A stretch of 64,000 bases of DNA, from positions 12,318-76,317 of the forward strand of contig JAILKW010000022.1 in assembly GCA_024693455.1 (NCBI GenBank), written 5' to 3'. This stretch comes from Lachnospiraceae bacterium. GTDB lineage: Bacteria; Bacillota; Clostridia; Lachnospirales; Lachnospiraceae. Under the pieces are notes generated by a model. The model searched no databases and was not told the origin of the DNA. It worked only from the letters and a program-made list of their open reading frames with translations. How positions within the stretch are numbered: the stretch's first letter is position 1; every line of letters begins with the position of its first letter. Positions 38,099 through 46,987 of this stretch are shown piece after piece. The position numbers were made by a program, and so were the translations under genes.

Positions 38099-39730
38099 TT
38101 ACAGTAAAGGGGCAATGGTTTTAGCCAGAGCTCCCACAATTTTTACGCGTGTGCTTAAGGCTTTAATGTCATCTTCCGTCACCTCATGACAACTACGTTT
38201 TGTATTCTCGAAATCTTCTATTATATCTTCTGTTGCCTCACATCCGTAAAGCACCGCAGCGCATTCGAAATGATGATAAAAACTCCTGTAATCAAGATTT
38301 ACGGTACCTACAAGGGCAATGTCCTCATCTATCTGAACAATTTTTGAATGAACAAAACCGGGTGTATATTCATAGATGTGAACCCCTGCTCGTACCAACT
38401 CTTTGTAATGTGTTTTTGCAAGTATGTAAGGCAGCTTTTTGTCGGGGATTCCGGGAAGGATTATGGATACGTCCACACCTTTTTGGGCAGCAAGCTTAAG
38501 TTCGCTGATTATCTCTCCGTCAAGGATCAGATAAGGTGTCATTATCCTGATGTTGTTTTTGGCTCTTCCGAAGAAGGAAAGACAGATATTTTCGGATATC
38601 TTGTCAGATACTATAGGTACATCACCGTAAGGAATTACGAAACCTTTTTCATCCTTAAAGAAATCATACCGGTTGAAATACCTGTCAACGTTATCATCTC
38701 CGGGTTCAACCTCCATTACATTCCACATTTCAAGGAAAAGTACAGTAAAAGTCTCTACTGCAGGACCTTCGATCATAACCGAGGAGTCCTTCCAATAACC
38801 GAATCGTGTTATCTTGTTGATATATTCATCAGCGAGATTGATACCTCCGGTGAAGACGATTTTGCCGTCTATAATAAGGTTTTTCCTATGATCTCTGTAG
38901 TTATAATTGCTGGAAACAAAGGGACGGACAGGCGTAAACACCTTTGATTTTATGCCAAGTTTGGAAAGACGTTCGGGATAATCGCTTGTCAGTGTGTTAA
39001 ACTCATTCATTCCGTCATACATTACACGGACTTCAACGCCGCTTGCAGCTTTTTCGGCAAGTATTGCAAGGACCTCTCCCCACATATCACCCTCATCAAT
39101 GATAAAGAATTCCATGAAAATAAAGTCTTTGGCATTTTTTAGGGCTTCAAGCATTAGCAAAAAGCCCTCTTCTCCTGTTTTGGAGTAAGTTACCCTGGAC
39201 CATTTATAAACCGGATGGAGGTGGTTTATTGAAATATAACGGGAAAGGTTATACATATCACGATCTTCAACATAAAGCTGATTTGAAACCAAAGGATTCT
39301 CAGATATGTTAGATCTGAAGGTTTCGATTGTGTTGGCCAGTTGTTTTTTGAGTTTTCTGTGTCCTACGTCATTTCTTGTATATGCGTAGGCAATCGTACC
39401 GAAGGCAGGGGCAAGCAGAATGATAAATAACCAGGATAGCTTTGCCGCATTGTCCATTTTGGAATTATTAAAGACGAAGATTGCCATTATGGCACCCAGG
39501 ACATAAGATAAATCATGAAATATCACATTAGCCGATGATGACCAAAGTAAAAACAATACGAGAAGTCCTACTTGTATGATAACCATGATGGCAAAGATAC
39601 CTGCTCTGGAAAACAGGATGCGTCCCAATCCTTTTTTACTCTTTTTTAAAAGACGTATTCGTCTCTTTTCGGATGTGAAGTCATTTTGCTTTGCATTATT
39701 AATGACATCAGTATTTGTTGAATTTTTCAT
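38099..39730 (-). CDS. cls: Cardiolipin synthase
   Basis: Two HKD motifs (HRKNLIID, HSKIVQID) and N-terminal TM helices. Confidence 0.93.
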   Translation of the reverse strand: MKNSTNTDVINNAKQNDFTSEKRRIRLLKKSKKGLGRILFSRAGIFAIMVIIQVGLLVLFLLWSSSANVIFHDLSYVLGAIMAIFVFNNSKMDNAAKLSWLFIILLAPAFGTIAYAYTRNDVGHRKLKKQLANTIETFRSNISENPLVSNQLYVEDRDMYNLSRYISINHLHPVYKWSRVTYSKTGEEGFLLMLEALKNAKDFIFMEFFIIDEGDMWGEVLAILAEKAASGVEVRVMYDGMNEFNTLTSDYPERLSKLGIKSKVFTPVRPFVSSNYNYRDHRKNLIIDGKIVFTGGINLADEYINKITRFGYWKDSSVMIEGPAVETFTVLFLEMWNVMEVEPGDDNVDRYFNRYDFFKDEKGFVIPYGDVPIVSDKISENICLSFFGRAKNNIRIMTPYLILDGEIISELKLAAQKGVDVSIILPGIPDKKLPYILAKTHYKELVRAGVHIYEYTPGFVHSKIVQIDEDIALVGTVNLDYRSFYHHFECAAVLYGCEATEDIIEDFENTKRSCHEVTEDDIKALSTRVKIVGALAKTIAPLL

Positions 39731-39743
39731 GTATTCTCACTTT

Positions 39744-39790
39744 TTGACTTAAACTATTAATTATGATAGCATAAACTCATGGATAAGCAA
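39744..39790. promoter_or_regulatory. Overlapping divergent sigma-A promoters for apbE (+) and cls (-)
   Basis: Plus strand: TTGACT 39744-49, 17 bp, TGa-TAGCAT 39767-72. Minus strand: TTGCTT 39790-85, 16 bp, TGc-TATCAT 39768-63. Confidence 0.55.
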
Positions 39791-40807
39791 AATATTTTTC
39801 TGAATTATATAAGGGTCCTGATTGTTGGTATATGCATTTTTATATCTTTATCGGCCTGTAAATTCGCTTCTTTCGGCTCACTTACTCCGGTCCGCGGGAG
39901 CGATTTTTATTTCGATACGGTAATTACCGTAACTTTATACGGAAAAGACAGGGAAGAATATATTAAAGGCTGTTTTTCTATTGCCGATCACTATGAAAAG
40001 CTTTTGTCCGCAACCGAAAAAAATTCGGATGTATCAAAAATAAATGAAGCAGGCGGCAAAGAAGTAACTGTTTCCGATGAAACGATAGAATTGGTAGAAA
40101 AAGCAATTGAATATGCAAAGCTTTCGGATAACTTATTTGATCCTACAGTTGGCGAGCTTACAAGGCTGTGGGATTTTCATGGAGATCCTGCAGATAAAAA
40201 AAGCCGTATCCCGGACGATAAAGAAATAAAAAAGGCAGTTGATTCAATAGGCTATAATAACATTATAATAAGAGGAAATACTATCGCACTGAAAAAAGGA
40301 AGACTTGACCTTGGTGGTATAGCCAAAGGCTTTATTGCGGATAAGATGAAGGAATATCTTGAGGAAAACGGGATTAAAAACGGAATAATCAATCTTGGAG
40401 GAAACATTCTGCTTCTTGGTCCCAAGGATAACGGTGATGAATATACTGTTGGGATACAAAAGCCCTTCGAAGAAGAAGGTAAGCCGGCGTTTACGCTAAG
40501 ATCGAGTAATAAGTCTATTGTCACGAGCGGAACATACGAAAGATATTTCATTGTAAATGATAAACTTTATCATCATATTCTAAATCCATTTACAGGTTAT
40601 CCCGAAGATAATGATATATCATCGGTTACCGTTATAACGGATTCTTCCACTGATGCGGATGCTCTGTCCACTGCCCTGTTTCTTATGGGGAAAGATAAAG
40701 CGCTTTCTTTTGCAAAAGAAAATGATGATGTTGATATCATAATAATAACAAACGGAGGAGAAATAATTTCCTCCTCCGATGATCTTATACTGGACGTTTA
40801 TGAATAA
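39779..40807 (+). CDS. apbE: FAD:protein FMN transferase lipoprotein (ApbE/FmnB)
   Basis: Lipobox LSAC, FDPTVG, LDLGGIAKG, INLGGN, VTSGTYERY, HHILNP.TGYP and ADALSTA. Confidence 0.94.
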   Translation: MDKQNIFLNYIRVLIVGICIFISLSACKFASFGSLTPVRGSDFYFDTVITVTLYGKDREEYIKGCFSIADHYEKLLSATEKNSDVSKINEAGGKEVTVSDETIELVEKAIEYAKLSDNLFDPTVGELTRLWDFHGDPADKKSRIPDDKEIKKAVDSIGYNNIIIRGNTIALKKGRLDLGGIAKGFIADKMKEYLEENGIKNGIINLGGNILLLGPKDNGDEYTVGIQKPFEEEGKPAFTLRSSNKSIVTSGTYERYFIVNDKLYHHILNPFTGYPEDNDISSVTVITDSSTDADALSTALFLMGKDKALSFAKENDDVDIIIITNGGEIISSSDDLILDVYE

Positions 40808-40814
40808 GTCCCGA

Positions 40815-41636
40815 TTAATTCTGAGCCGGAGTTTCTTTCGGCTCATTTAATATTGTAATAACTTTTTTCGGACATTTCTGGGCGCATACTCCGCAGCCGA
40901 TACATTTCTCCTGATCGATATGAGCTATATTGTCTTCAACCGTAATTGCTTCGGCAGGACAATTCTTTTCACAAAGATGGCAGGCAATACAGCCGACAGA
41001 ACATACATCCATAACTGCCTTACCCTTATCCTTATTGCGACATGAAACAACATTGGTAGCCTCATAAGGAATAAGCTCAATAAGTCCTTTGGGGCAGGCT
41101 TCGATACATTTTCCGCATGCTTTACATGCTTCCGCATCAACAACCGCAACACCGTCGATAACATGGATCGCATCAAAGGGACAGGCCTTTACACAGCTTC
41201 CGAAGCCCATACATCCGTAATCACAGGACTTGGGTCCGCCTCCCGGAACAAATGCCATTGAGCGACAATCTTCCATTCCGGTATATTCGTAGTTGGATTT
41301 TGCTTTCTCACAATCTCCGATACAACGGACAAAGGCTCTCATTCGAACGCTTTCACCCGCATCAACACCCATTATGGTTCCTATTTTTGCAGCTACCGGA
41401 GCTCCGCCTACAGGACACTGATTAACGGGAGCTTCGCCTTTTGCTATAGCTGCAGCAAGTCCGGAACATCCCGGATAACCACAGCCTCCGCAGTTGTTAC
41501 CGGGCAGAACCGAAAGAACCGCTTCTTCTTTTTCATCAACTTCCACATAAAATGCCTTTGATGCAAGACAAAGAAGGATACCGATTATACAGCCGATCAC
41601 ACCGATGATGATCATGGCCATCAAAATACTGTTCAT
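40815..41636 (-). CDS. rnfB: Rnf complex subunit B (polyferredoxin)
   Basis: LPGNNCGGCGYPGC and multiple CxxCxxCxxxCP clusters. Confidence 0.95.
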   Translation of the reverse strand: MNSILMAMIIIGVIGCIIGILLCLASKAFYVEVDEKEEAVLSVLPGNNCGGCGYPGCSGLAAAIAKGEAPVNQCPVGGAPVAAKIGTIMGVDAGESVRMRAFVRCIGDCEKAKSNYEYTGMEDCRSMAFVPGGGPKSCDYGCMGFGSCVKACPFDAIHVIDGVAVVDAEACKACGKCIEACPKGLIELIPYEATNVVSCRNKDKGKAVMDVCSVGCIACHLCEKNCPAEAITVEDNIAHIDQEKCIGCGVCAQKCPKKVITILNEPKETPAQN

Positions 41637-41648
41637 ACTCTCCCCTCC

Positions 41649-42224
41649 TTATATAACTCCGGCAAATCCGAAGAATGCTATAGACATGAGGGCTGATGTG
41701 ATAAGAACGATTCCCGAGCCTTTAAGAGGTTCCGGAATATCGTTGTATTCTATCTTTTCCCTTATACCGGCAAGAATAACGATAGCTATCAGATAACCAA
41801 CTCCTGTTCCTATACCGTAAACCACACCCTGAAGAATGCTGTAGTCGTTTGTTACGTTTTTAAGAGCAACACCGAGAACCGCGCAGTTTGTTGTGATAAG
41901 GGGAAGGAAAACACCGAGTGCCCTGTAGAGTGATGGGATAAACTTTTTAAGGAACATCTCAACTATCTGTACAAGAGCGGCGATTACCAAAATAAATACT
42001 ATGGTCTGAAGATATTCAAAACCTGTCGGAACAAGTACGAACTTGTAAAGAAGTCCGGCTACCAAAGAAGCAATGGTTATTACGAAAATAACCGCTCCTC
42101 CCATACCTACCGAAGTCTCAACCTTACGGGAAACGCCGAGGAATGAGCAAAGTCCGAGGAACTGAGATAAAAGCACGTTATTGACTATGGATGCTGCTAT
42201 AAAAATAAGTATGAGCTGTGTCAT
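41649..42224 (-). CDS. rnfA: Rnf complex subunit A
   Basis: NNVLLSQFLGLC and LGVFLPLITTNCAVLG. Confidence 0.95.
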   Translation of the reverse strand: MTQLILIFIAASIVNNVLLSQFLGLCSFLGVSRKVETSVGMGGAVIFVITIASLVAGLLYKFVLVPTGFEYLQTIVFILVIAALVQIVEMFLKKFIPSLYRALGVFLPLITTNCAVLGVALKNVTNDYSILQGVVYGIGTGVGYLIAIVILAGIREKIEYNDIPEPLKGSGIVLITSALMSIAFFGFAGVI

Positions 42225-42976
42225 TATTCATTTCCTCCTTCCTTTGAAACCGTTTCTGCTTTGGATTTACCCTGGCATGTAGCTGCAAGCGAACAGCCGC
42301 TGCATTCACCGGAAAGACATCCGTTCTTTGCCGGGAGTGGACGACCTTTTGCTTCCTGTTTGGCTCTTACGATGTTCATGATAACAACCAAAAGGGCAAG
42401 TACGAAGAAGGCTCCGGGTGCAAGTACAAAAATGCTTATGGGAGTAAATCCGGCCTTACCTGCTGCAGCATCTGCAAGAGGAAGTATCTGATATCCGAAA
42501 AATGCTCCGGAACCGAGGATTTCTCTTACACCTCCGATAAAGATAAGTGAAACCGTAAAGCCGAGTCCCATTCCGATCCCGTCGAAGAATGAAGGGATTA
42601 TCGGATGCTTTGATGCATAGCTTTCTGCTCTTCCCAAAATAATACAGTTAACAACTATAAGCGGGATGAATATACCAAGAGATTTGTATAACTCCGGTAA
42701 ATAACCCTGAACCAAAAACTGAACTATGGTAACAAATGATGCAACGACCACAATGAAGGCCGGCATACGCACACGATCGGGAATAACCTTACGCAGTGCG
42801 GAAATAAGTAAATTTGAAAGTGCCAGAACAACGGTGGCGGATAATCCCATTCCAAGTCCGTTAAATGCTGAGGTGGTAACTGCAAGTGTAGGACAGATAC
42901 CAAGGAGCTGAATGAAAACGGGATTTTCTTTGATTATACCGTTATAGAGGCGTTCTGAAACGCTGTCTTCTCTCAT
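42224..42976 (-). CDS. rnfE: Rnf complex subunit E
   Basis: ENPVFIQLLGICPTLAVT, FIPLIVVNCIILGRAE and APGAF; Cys-rich C-terminal tail. Confidence 0.95.
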   Translation of the reverse strand: MREDSVSERLYNGIIKENPVFIQLLGICPTLAVTTSAFNGLGMGLSATVVLALSNLLISALRKVIPDRVRMPAFIVVVASFVTIVQFLVQGYLPELYKSLGIFIPLIVVNCIILGRAESYASKHPIIPSFFDGIGMGLGFTVSLIFIGGVREILGSGAFFGYQILPLADAAAGKAGFTPISIFVLAPGAFFVLALLVVIMNIVRAKQEAKGRPLPAKNGCLSGECSGCSLAATCQGKSKAETVSKEGGNE

Positions 42977-42989
42977 TTTGTCCTCCTTT

Positions 42990-43613
42990 CTATTCTAAAC
43001 CTGCAATATGCTTGTAATAATACATAACTGCGTTGACTGCATTGGTTACAGCACGGGAAGTGATCGTAGCACCTCCGATAGCTTCTATCTCACCTTCTTT
43101 GGCAGGTGAAGATTTTGTTACGGTATATTTTTCGACCTCCATAGATAATCCTTCAAACTGGGACATGAACTTGGGCTCTGTGGATTTCATTCCAAGTCCG
43201 GGTGTTTCGGATATATCTGTTATCGAATAGCCGTTCATTTTATTTGTGGCTGAATCTATACCTACGGTAAGTGTTATATCTCCGCCGTATCCCTTATGGG
43301 TGGTAACGGTGAAAACATAACCTATGTCTGCGCCTGATGAATCCTTTGCTACCGAAGCTGCCGTGATATCCGCATCTGTTCCGATCTCGGTGGCGTGAAC
43401 AAGCTTGTTGGCTTCTTCTTCATTAAAATCCGCATAATCTTCAAAAGATGCAGCTGACGGGAAAACCGACATATAGGCTTCTTCGAGAGCTGCCTTATTT
43501 GCTGCGGCTATCGGAGCTGCTGTTATATACTGAACTCCGCCAAGCGCAAGGCCGGCAACTAAAGTAATGAGCGTAAGAATGAGTGTATCTTTGATAATAC
43601 TATTTTCCTTCAT
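42990..43613 (-). CDS. rnfG: Rnf complex subunit G (FMN-binding)
   Basis: GYGGDI, ETPGLG and GATITSRAV. Confidence 0.94.
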   Translation of the reverse strand: MKENSIIKDTLILTLITLVAGLALGGVQYITAAPIAAANKAALEEAYMSVFPSAASFEDYADFNEEEANKLVHATEIGTDADITAASVAKDSSGADIGYVFTVTTHKGYGGDITLTVGIDSATNKMNGYSITDISETPGLGMKSTEPKFMSQFEGLSMEVEKYTVTKSSPAKEGEIEAIGGATITSRAVTNAVNAVMYYYKHIAGLE

Positions 43614-44568
43614 CTGCTTTCACCTCCTTTGTTTTCACAATACCGAAGGCTCTCGGTACTGTCCATCTTTCGATGAGTGGAACTAAAAGATTGGTAAAGA
43701 TGATAGCATAAGAAACTCCCTCTGCCGATGAACCGAATATCCTGAATATACCGGTAAGCAATCCTAGGATGATACCGTAGATTATCTTTCCGAGAGGAGT
43801 TATCGGGCTTGTGACATAGTCGGTAGCCATGAAAAATGCACCAAGCATAAGTCCGCCACCTGCAAGATGAGCTACTATGTAGTCAACATCAAAGCCGTGT
43901 CCGCCAAAAAGCGTTACAAATATAACGAGGGTCAGGATGTAGGTACCGGGGATACGAAGATCTATGACTCCCATGATGATAAGGAAGATGGCGCCAAGCA
44001 CTATGGCTATCATACTTGTCTCACCAATGGTTCCGGGAGTGGTTCCGATTATCATCCTAAGGATATCCACATCTCCGCCGGCTTTAAGAGTGGCAAGAGG
44101 TGTAGCACCTCCGAAAGTATCTGCATATTCCTTATAAGCCGAGAAATCAGTCATATATCCGGCAAAAGATATAACAAGGAAGCATCTTGCACCAAGAGCC
44201 GGATTCATAACATTTTGTCCGAGTCCTCCAAAGAACATCTTAACAACTATGATGGCAAAGATGCCACCTAGAATAGCCATCCACCAGGGGATGGAGCTGG
44301 GAAAGTTAAGAGCTAACAAAAGTCCCGTAACCACAGCGGAAAGATCTCCGATGGTTTGTTTTTTCTTGAGTAATTTGTTCCATGCCCACTCGGAACCGAC
44401 GCAGCTGGCAACGGTTAAAATGATGAGTATGGCAGCACTTATACCGAAATTATAGATGCCGAAGAAAGTTGCCGGCATCAAGGCGATAATGACATAAAGC
44501 ATTATCCTGTTGGTATCGTCCTTCGCTCTGACGTGAGGCGAAGTGGTTACATTAAAATTTTCATTCAT
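43600..44568 (-). CDS. rnfD: Rnf complex subunit D
   Basis: SPHVR, KMFFGGLGQNVMNPA, ATPL, GTIGETS and AFFMATDYVTSP. Confidence 0.95.
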   Translation of the reverse strand: MNENFNVTTSPHVRAKDDTNRIMLYVIIALMPATFFGIYNFGISAAILIILTVASCVGSEWAWNKLLKKKQTIGDLSAVVTGLLLALNFPSSIPWWMAILGGIFAIIVVKMFFGGLGQNVMNPALGARCFLVISFAGYMTDFSAYKEYADTFGGATPLATLKAGGDVDILRMIIGTTPGTIGETSMIAIVLGAIFLIIMGVIDLRIPGTYILTLVIFVTLFGGHGFDVDYIVAHLAGGGLMLGAFFMATDYVTSPITPLGKIIYGIILGLLTGIFRIFGSSAEGVSYAIIFTNLLVPLIERWTVPRAFGIVKTKEVKADEGK

Positions 44569-44582
44569 TTGTAATTCGCCTC

Positions 44583-45902
44583 CTATTTCTTTCTTTTATC
44601 AGCAAGTATCTGTTTTTTCATGGATCCGATAGCCTGAGCGAGATGTCTTCTGGCCGGGCAACTGTATGTACAGCTTCCGCATTCGATACATTCAAGGCCG
44701 TACCATTTTTCGAAAACATCTTTTTGCATATTGGCACTGTAATCTGCAAGCCTGGATGGAATAAGGTTTTCCGGACAGGCTTCCACGCAGCGGCCGCAAT
44801 TGATGCAGGCTGTTGTCTCATATAAGGATGCTTCGTCTTTGGTCAGACATAAAAGAGCCGACGCGGTCTTGGTCGTAGGTACGTTAAGATCAAAAAGAGC
44901 AAAGCCCATCATCGGACCGCCCGATATCATTTTCTTGGCTTCTGTTTTTAGTCCGCCGGCCGCCTCAAGGAGTTCCGCATAACTGGTTCCCAGATATATA
45001 AGGAGATTTGCGGGCTCTGCCGCCGCATCACCGGTAACGGTAAAGATCTGATGCATGAGAGGTCTGCCCTCTTTTACTGCATTATGAATGGCAACCAGAG
45101 TCTCTACGTTGTCAACTATGCATCCTGCATCCGCGGGGAGCATTTTTGAATTTATGTCACGTCCCGTAACGGCGTGAATGAGCTGACGTTCACCGCCCTG
45201 CGGATATTTTTCAACAAGAGGCATTACGCTGATGCGCTCATGCCTTTTTATCATACGTGAAAACGTTTCGATAATGTCCGGTTTATTATCCTCTACCGCA
45301 AGTACACCCTTTGCGTTGGGGAAAAGCGACAGAACTATCTCCATACCTGATATGACAAGTTCGGGATTTTCTTTCATGCGACGATAATCGGATGTAAGAT
45401 AAGGTTCACATTCTGCGCAATTGGCAATAATATACTCGATCTTGTCAGGCTCTTTGGGAGAAAGCTTGACATGAGTGGGAAATCCTGCTCCGCCAAGTCC
45501 GACAACTCCCGCATCCTGAATTTTGGAAATGATCTCATCACGGGATAGAGAACTGATATCATGATTCTCCATAAAACCGACTTCAAGAAAAGCGCCGTCA
45601 CTTTCGATGACGATCGAATCAACCATACCTCCGGTGGGTACTCTTCTTTTCTCGATTGCTTTAACTTTTCCGGAAACCGAAGAATAGATGGGTGAAGAAA
45701 CAAAGCCTCCAGCCTCAGCTATCTTCTGCCCGCGAAGCACTGTGTCCCCCACAGATACAAGTGCTTTGGCGGGTGCTCCTATGTGCTGGGAAAGCGGAAA
45801 TACAAGCTCTCCCTTAGGCCGGTACTCTCTGATCGGCTTATCTTTGGCGAGTTCTTTACCGTTATAGGGATGAACGCCGCCTTTAAACGTACCAAGTCCC
45901 AT
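44583..45902 (-). CDS. rnfC: Rnf complex subunit C
   Basis: FKGGVHP, QHIGAPA, GLGGAGFPTHVK, ECEPYLTSD, KYPQGGE, GGPMMG and two 4Fe-4S motifs. Confidence 0.96.
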   Translation of the reverse strand: MGLGTFKGGVHPYNGKELAKDKPIREYRPKGELVFPLSQHIGAPAKALVSVGDTVLRGQKIAEAGGFVSSPIYSSVSGKVKAIEKRRVPTGGMVDSIVIESDGAFLEVGFMENHDISSLSRDEIISKIQDAGVVGLGGAGFPTHVKLSPKEPDKIEYIIANCAECEPYLTSDYRRMKENPELVISGMEIVLSLFPNAKGVLAVEDNKPDIIETFSRMIKRHERISVMPLVEKYPQGGERQLIHAVTGRDINSKMLPADAGCIVDNVETLVAIHNAVKEGRPLMHQIFTVTGDAAAEPANLLIYLGTSYAELLEAAGGLKTEAKKMISGGPMMGFALFDLNVPTTKTASALLCLTKDEASLYETTACINCGRCVEACPENLIPSRLADYSANMQKDVFEKWYGLECIECGSCTYSCPARRHLAQAIGSMKKQILADKRKK

Positions 45903-45996
45903 AGATCAACCTCCTAATAATACTTTGTCTGTCGGCTTTGCGTTTTGATATACCGACAGACATGTAAAAATATGTATTAAATAACCCTTGTTTACT

Positions 45997-46005
45997 ATTA
46001 TAACA
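45997..46005 (-). promoter_or_regulatory. Extended -10 promoter element for the rnf operon
   Basis: TGtTATAAT on the minus strand; no convincing -35 at 17 bp. Confidence 0.5.
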
Positions 46006-46163
46006 AATTACTAAAAAAATACATCAAAATATTTATTTTTTTATGTATTTTTAAGAAAACAACGAAACAAAAAAAGATTATTATATAATTCAGGTTAGAT
46101 AGACAGATCCGATTTCTCTTTGCAGATCAATGTGAAGCTTCGGATTTGAAAGTCTGTTTGTTA

Positions 46164-46272
46164 CTCAGAGTAGGTGAAACTGCGTTAAGTGCTCGAAGAA
46201 CGGGGAGTTGTCTTAGAGACGAAGAGATATGTTATGTATTTCTCGCGGTTGTTTCACCGCATCCCGCTGGAG
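46164..46272 (+). ncRNA. THF (tetrahydrofolate) riboswitch
   Basis: Matches the class consensus: AGAGTAG...GCGTTAAGTG...GGG.GTTG...ACGAA...CGCGG...GCATCCCGCT. Pairings include GGTGAAAC/GTTTCACC and a pseudoknot CGGG/CCCG. It lies upstream of a folT gene, and P1 (CTCAG/CTGGAG) runs into the GGAGG RBS, suggesting translational control. Confidence 0.92.
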
Positions 46273-46279
46273 GTGTAAA

Positions 46280-46834
46280 ATGAAAAAACTTAAAAACATC
46301 AAGGTCCTTACTACCTGCGCCATGCTCGTGGCACTTGCCGTTATTCTGGCATTTCTAAAGATTCCCGTTAACCAGTTTATTGAACTACGCTTTGATTCTC
46401 TCCCTATAGCACTTGCCGGTTATCTTTTCGGTCCGGCCGTCGGAGGTATTGTTGGTGGTATAACCGATATCGCAGGTTATATTGTTCGACCCACAGGTGC
46501 CTTTTTTCCGGGATTTACGGTCAGTGCAATAGTTGCCGGTGTAATTTACGGAATTGTTTTGCACGGTAAGAAAGCCACTGTCCTTCGTGTTTTTATCGCG
46601 CAGCTTCTTCGCACTGTTGTCGTGGGACTTTTACTTAATCCGCTTTGGCTTTCTATTCTCTACGGAAACAGTTTCCTTGTGATCATGTCCGGAAGATTGC
46701 TTACTGAGGCTATCATGCTTCCGATAAAGACAGCTCTTTTATTTGCTGTAATTAAACCGGCTAATATATTTAATGAGCATTTTGATCCCTTTGGAACGGT
46801 TTTGCCTCATTCGGAAAAATCGCCTCATCTTTAA
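46280..46834 (+). CDS. folT: Folate ECF transporter S component
   Basis: AMLVALAVIL, LFGPAVGGIVGGITDI and GAFFPGFT; downstream of a THF riboswitch; ATG 46280 with GGAGGTG RBS. Confidence 0.92.
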   Translation: MKKLKNIKVLTTCAMLVALAVILAFLKIPVNQFIELRFDSLPIALAGYLFGPAVGGIVGGITDIAGYIVRPTGAFFPGFTVSAIVAGVIYGIVLHGKKATVLRVFIAQLLRTVVVGLLLNPLWLSILYGNSFLVIMSGRLLTEAIMLPIKTALLFAVIKPANIFNEHFDPFGTVLPHSEKSPHL

Positions 46835-46882
46835 AATAAGACGGGGCATTGTTGTTACGGTTTATAGAAAATCTGATATGAT

Positions 46883-46952
46883 TTTTAACTCAGTCGGAGA
46901 AATCCCCCACCTCTAAGCGTTAGCGTAGGTGGGGTTATGAGCGAGTCTTGAC
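46883..46952. repeat. Palindromic element A (IS200/IS605-end-like hairpin between conserved termini)
   Basis: TTTTAACTCAGTCGG (46883-97), then a CCCCACCT...AGGTGGGG hairpin, then GAGCGAGTCTTGAC (46939-52). Both termini recur in element B. Confidence 0.75.
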
Positions 46953-46987
46953 AGTACGATTTTCGGGAAGATTCTGATTGGAAAAAT

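Noticed and set aside
37431-38189. 252-aa plus-strand ORF
   Set aside because: Ser/Leu/Phe-rich antisense shadow of the Lys/Glu-rich minus-strand gene, which has the strong RBS.
46229-46279. N-terminal extension of FolT in the ORF track
   Set aside because: It lies inside the THF aptamer; the real start is ATG 46280 after GGAGGTG.
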